Origin: Candidatus Altimarinota bacterium
GTDB lineage: Bacteria > Patescibacteriota > Gracilibacteria > JBDHUY01
Reading direction: 5' to 3'
NCBI GenBank assembly: GCA_039809385.1
Contig: JBDHUY010000009.1
Span: forward strand, 1 to 64,000
Length of the DNA stretch: 64,000 nucleotides
Under the pieces are notes generated by a model. That model was given only the letters and a program-made list of their open reading frames with translations. It did not search any database and had not been told where the DNA came from. Made by a program: the position numbers and the translations under genes. Shown here one piece after another: positions 60,869 to 64,000 of the stretch. How positions within the stretch are numbered: position 1 is the stretch's first letter; each line of letters opens with the position of its first letter.

Positions 60869-62842
60869 ATGCATACGGACCGATCACCTACTTTACAAAA
60901 ACATCGCGGCAGCATATTTATTTATGTATTGTTTGCCGTGTCACTGTTTATGCTGACATTTACGTCGATTATCTATTTTTCCAAGCAGAATCTGGCGTAT
61001 GTGGACAAAGCTATCACGACCCGCGACCTGATCGCCCAAGCAAAATCGAATATTGCCGAGATAGTAACCCAGTTCCAGGCCGGAGCACGCAACCAGGCGA
61101 TTAACAACGTGAGAAAAACCAGCTATGAAGCCTACGAGGAGACCAGAAACGGTTACGTATACCAGGGCAAAAGCGACGTTATATCGATCAACTGGCACGA
61201 CTACGACACAGACCTGCGTATGCCCGGCGGCGTGGGAATCGAAAAAGCGGCCGGGAGTAAGGGGACTCTTTACGCGACCTTGCGGAAAATAGTGCTGGAT
61301 AATAACGCTACGGTCTTATCCGAAACGTTGGTCATTCCCGACGGAACACAGCTGCGAGAAGAAGACTATTGTCTTTTTAAGCCCCGCGACGAAAGCGACC
61401 GGATTGCATTCTACACCGAAATAATTCTGTTTTCGGACAGTCCGGAAGGCTCACGATATACGCTGAGCGCGCTGGCTTACAATAAAAACAAAACCCAGGA
61501 CTGCTTGCCGGTGAATCCGGATGAGGCAACTACGCCCAACCCAGCCCGTTTCGCCATGCAAAAACTGTCGGTCGCAACCGAGACCTCTACTGATTTCAAC
61601 CCGATTGCGACCAGTTCGACGCTTGCCGTCCAAGCCGATGTAGACCTCACATACCCGACATATAATATCGCGTCCAAATTCGATTTCGAAGATGCGCGCA
61701 GCACGTTTGACGGGACAGTATCTTCGTCTCTGAATGAACCGGGCGTATCGACCGGGTATTTCGATTTTCTCGACGTGGAAGGCAACGACTGGCAATCGCG
61801 CGGTTCGTACAGTTATACTCTTCCTGGGTTTAATCCGGGCACACAGGAATTCGGAATATTCCCCAACAGCAACTATACCCTGAACCGGGACATACGCGGA
61901 GAATTCGATATGCGCGTAACTATGCGCGAGAGTCCGGCTGCGACACAAAGTACATCTTCCGACGGAACCGTCTACAACGGAAGCAGCAATATAAGCGGAG
62001 AAAACGGGATTTTCGTTCAGAACGGTTCTATCAGTTACAAAGCAGGTGTGAAGAACGTACAGGTATGTCATACCGTAACCGATCCAGTCACTAAGGTTTC
62101 CCGTTGTGAATGCGACGAAAATACCAATATCTATTTATTCTATGACACCTTGAGCGGTCCGCCGACGCAGGTAAAGAGAGATACCGGTTCGGCCTGTACC
62201 AACATGCCGACGCTGGCAAGCGTGGGGGGTTCGGCCAAACAGTTCAAAGCACTGGCAGAATTTCCCAGCGGGGTGGAAGCCAAAGAAGCGAATATCGGAC
62301 AAGCCCGGAATAAATTCATGCTAAATCTGCGACGGGAAGACGGCAACAAACTGCGGGCTTATTTTTGCTCGGCCGGAACGCTCTGCGACACCACCGGCAA
62401 CGGTTGGATCCTTATTTCCGATATTTCGGATTTTACACTCTCTCCCGATACGCCGGTTCAGGTCGGTCTCTATAATGATTCTCCCGATGGTGGGGCCAAA
62501 GTATACAGTTATGTCCGGATAAATCAGATTCAGGATGAAAATGACGGCGATGCGATAGCAAAGTATGCTAAAACCTTAGAATTCGGCCGGGATGTATCGA
62601 TCAAAAAGGTAGTAGTATATGGGTATATCCCCGACGACGGTCTGTTCGGCTTAAGTCTAAACAATATTTGTTTCGGCGAGCAACCTGAAGGGAAACCGTG
62701 CCAAAATAGCAGTCTGGTCGTTACTCCCGAAAACCTGGTTACCGATCATCTCGATATTGCGATTAACTTGAAATCGACCAAAGGTGAGTTATCGGCGATT
62801 CCGTTTATTCGGAGTATTCAGGTCTTCTACGAACCCTTCTGA
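60869..62842 (+). CDS. PilX/GspK-like N-terminal protein with a large beta-rich C-terminal region
   Basis: KHRG|SIFIYVLFAVSLFML prepilin-like start without Glu5, followed by an A...A.S.I helix. Confidence 0.6.
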   Translation: MHTDRSPTLQKHRGSIFIYVLFAVSLFMLTFTSIIYFSKQNLAYVDKAITTRDLIAQAKSNIAEIVTQFQAGARNQAINNVRKTSYEAYEETRNGYVYQGKSDVISINWHDYDTDLRMPGGVGIEKAAGSKGTLYATLRKIVLDNNATVLSETLVIPDGTQLREEDYCLFKPRDESDRIAFYTEIILFSDSPEGSRYTLSALAYNKNKTQDCLPVNPDEATTPNPARFAMQKLSVATETSTDFNPIATSSTLAVQADVDLTYPTYNIASKFDFEDARSTFDGTVSSSLNEPGVSTGYFDFLDVEGNDWQSRGSYSYTLPGFNPGTQEFGIFPNSNYTLNRDIRGEFDMRVTMRESPAATQSTSSDGTVYNGSSNISGENGIFVQNGSISYKAGVKNVQVCHTVTDPVTKVSRCECDENTNIYLFYDTLSGPPTQVKRDTGSACTNMPTLASVGGSAKQFKALAEFPSGVEAKEANIGQARNKFMLNLRREDGNKLRAYFCSAGTLCDTTGNGWILISDISDFTLSPDTPVQVGLYNDSPDGGAKVYSYVRINQIQDENDGDAIAKYAKTLEFGRDVSIKKVVVYGYIPDDGLFGLSLNNICFGEQPEGKPCQNSSLVVTPENLVTDHLDIAINLKSTKGELSAIPFIRSIQVFYEPF

Positions 62843-63331
62843 ACGTAGTGAAGAATCTGTCTCAAGCGTAGTGAAGAATCTGATCTACTACTAGTTCCAA
62901 GACGAAGGAAGTCAAGTGAAGAGCAACGCTGTTTTTTTTCAGTACGCTTTTATTTCTGACGATTTTCGCTCAATGGGGTTCAGGTCAGGAGAATCAGAAA
63001 AATAGGGGGCGGGATAGAGTAAAGTATGCTGGCCCGAGGATAACGGCTCTTCAATATTTCTTCTTTTGTGAAATGTGGCATTATCCATTACCCAATGCTA
63101 CCGGGAGAAAACGGTGGGAGCAAATCTTCGGTCATCCCGGCGGAAAAAACATCGCTGTCAATATTACAGCCAAAAACATATGCTACCAGAAGTTCTTTCC
63201 CATCAAGAACTCCGATAATATTTTCTTCCCCTGGCGTGCCAATCATGCTCTCCGTAACAACGATAACCTCGTTCGACGTTTTGTCCGAGCAAGAAGAGGG
63301 GAACAACAGGCTCTATAGTAAGGCTATCACA

Positions 63332-64000
63332 TCAATACCGCAACGATTCAGCAGGATCCAGACGAGAAGCGTAGTATGCCGGATAGAGCGTGGCAAGGAC
63401 ACCGAGAACAACCGAGAAAAGCAGCGAAAACAGGACCACAAACCAAGAGGGAACGATTACGTGCTGTTCTATGCCGGCAAAAAAAGGCAGATTAATCAGC
63501 AGTAATTTATCAATAAGCACAACGACAAACCAACCAACAATAATACCCACAATCCCAGCGAAAAACGAAACCAGCGCGGCCTTGGCACAGACCAAGATAC
63601 GAATAAAACTCTTGGTGGCGCCAACACTGCGCAGGATACCGATCAGGCCGGTCTGTTCGGTCACGTCGCTAAAGAAAGTATTAAGGATGCTGACAGCGCT
63701 GCTCAGTAAAATAACCAGGCTGATAATTCCAAGAATCAACGACAACGCTTTGAGATTATCCCCAATTCCGGCAATCCGTTTCTGCAACGAATCGGCTTGA
63801 AAACCCATCTCTTCTATTTTTTTTGAAACGGCTTCCACATCTTCGGGAGAGTTGGTAACCACTTGTAAGGCAGTGATCTTTCCCCGGCCTTTGTTAAATT
63901 CGGTACCCACCCGCTGGACAGTTTCGAGGGGGACAGAAACACCGAACAGAGGCACTTTATTCGATAGACCAACAATCTTGGCCTGTACTTCTTTGGTCGT
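63332..64000 (-). CDS. MacB/FtsX-family ABC permease, partial (runs off the window edge)
   Basis: IGILRSVGA, LATLYPAYYASRLDPAESLRY. Confidence 0.88.
   Translation of the reverse strand, partial: TTKEVQAKIVGLSNKVPLFGVSVPLETVQRVGTEFNKGRGKITALQVVTNSPEDVEAVSKKIEEMGFQADSLQKRIAGIGDNLKALSLILGIISLVILLSSAVSILNTFFSDVTEQTGLIGILRSVGATKSFIRILVCAKAALVSFFAGIVGIIVGWFVVVLIDKLLLINLPFFAGIEQHVIVPSWFVVLFSLLFSVVLGVLATLYPAYYASRLDPAESLRY

Noticed and set aside
63068-63505. Short overlapping ORFs between the PilX-like gene and the ABC permease
   Set aside because: They overlap one another and have no motifs or convincing start. They may be a decayed fragment, but I cannot support a call.
1-64000. Genetic code 25 (TGA=Gly, as in Gracilibacteria), suggested by the in-frame TGA in the toxin remnant
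   Set aside because: Gly-rich conserved genes (tuf, rplB) have no internal TGA, and several genes (map, rpsC, the ABC exporter) end in TGA at the expected length.

Overview
This is a 64-kb chromosomal window from a bacterium with Patescibacteria/CPR-like traits (inferred): no rpmD/L30 in the spc operon, SD-less pyrimidine-rich leaders and many Cys-rich secreted proteins. It uses standard code 11. The left arm carries a 5'-truncated kup, a Pol I 5'-nuclease fragment ending in a clamp-binding-like motif, pta and ackA split by a decayed toxin-antitoxin pair, tRNA-Asp with a 3'-end duplication, umuDC, an EVE protein and an ABC exporter. The middle, on the minus strand, holds tuf, the S10 and spc operons, secY, adk, map and secE-nusG-rplK-rplA with inserted genes. 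The right arm has a tandem cluster of four paralogous secreted Cys-rich modular proteins (33.5-40.7 kb), a related 1,878-aa protein followed by a repeat lipoprotein and a PilX-like protein (54-63 kb), a metal ABC transporter, peptidases, a K+ channel and nrnA. The most notable signals are the modular surface-protein family (shared C-terminal six-Cys module, in-frame micro-insertions flanked by exact direct repeats), the clamp-motif-tagged Pol I fragment, and intergenic mosaics of heptamer arrays. All product calls come from motif recognition by eye; no database search was run.
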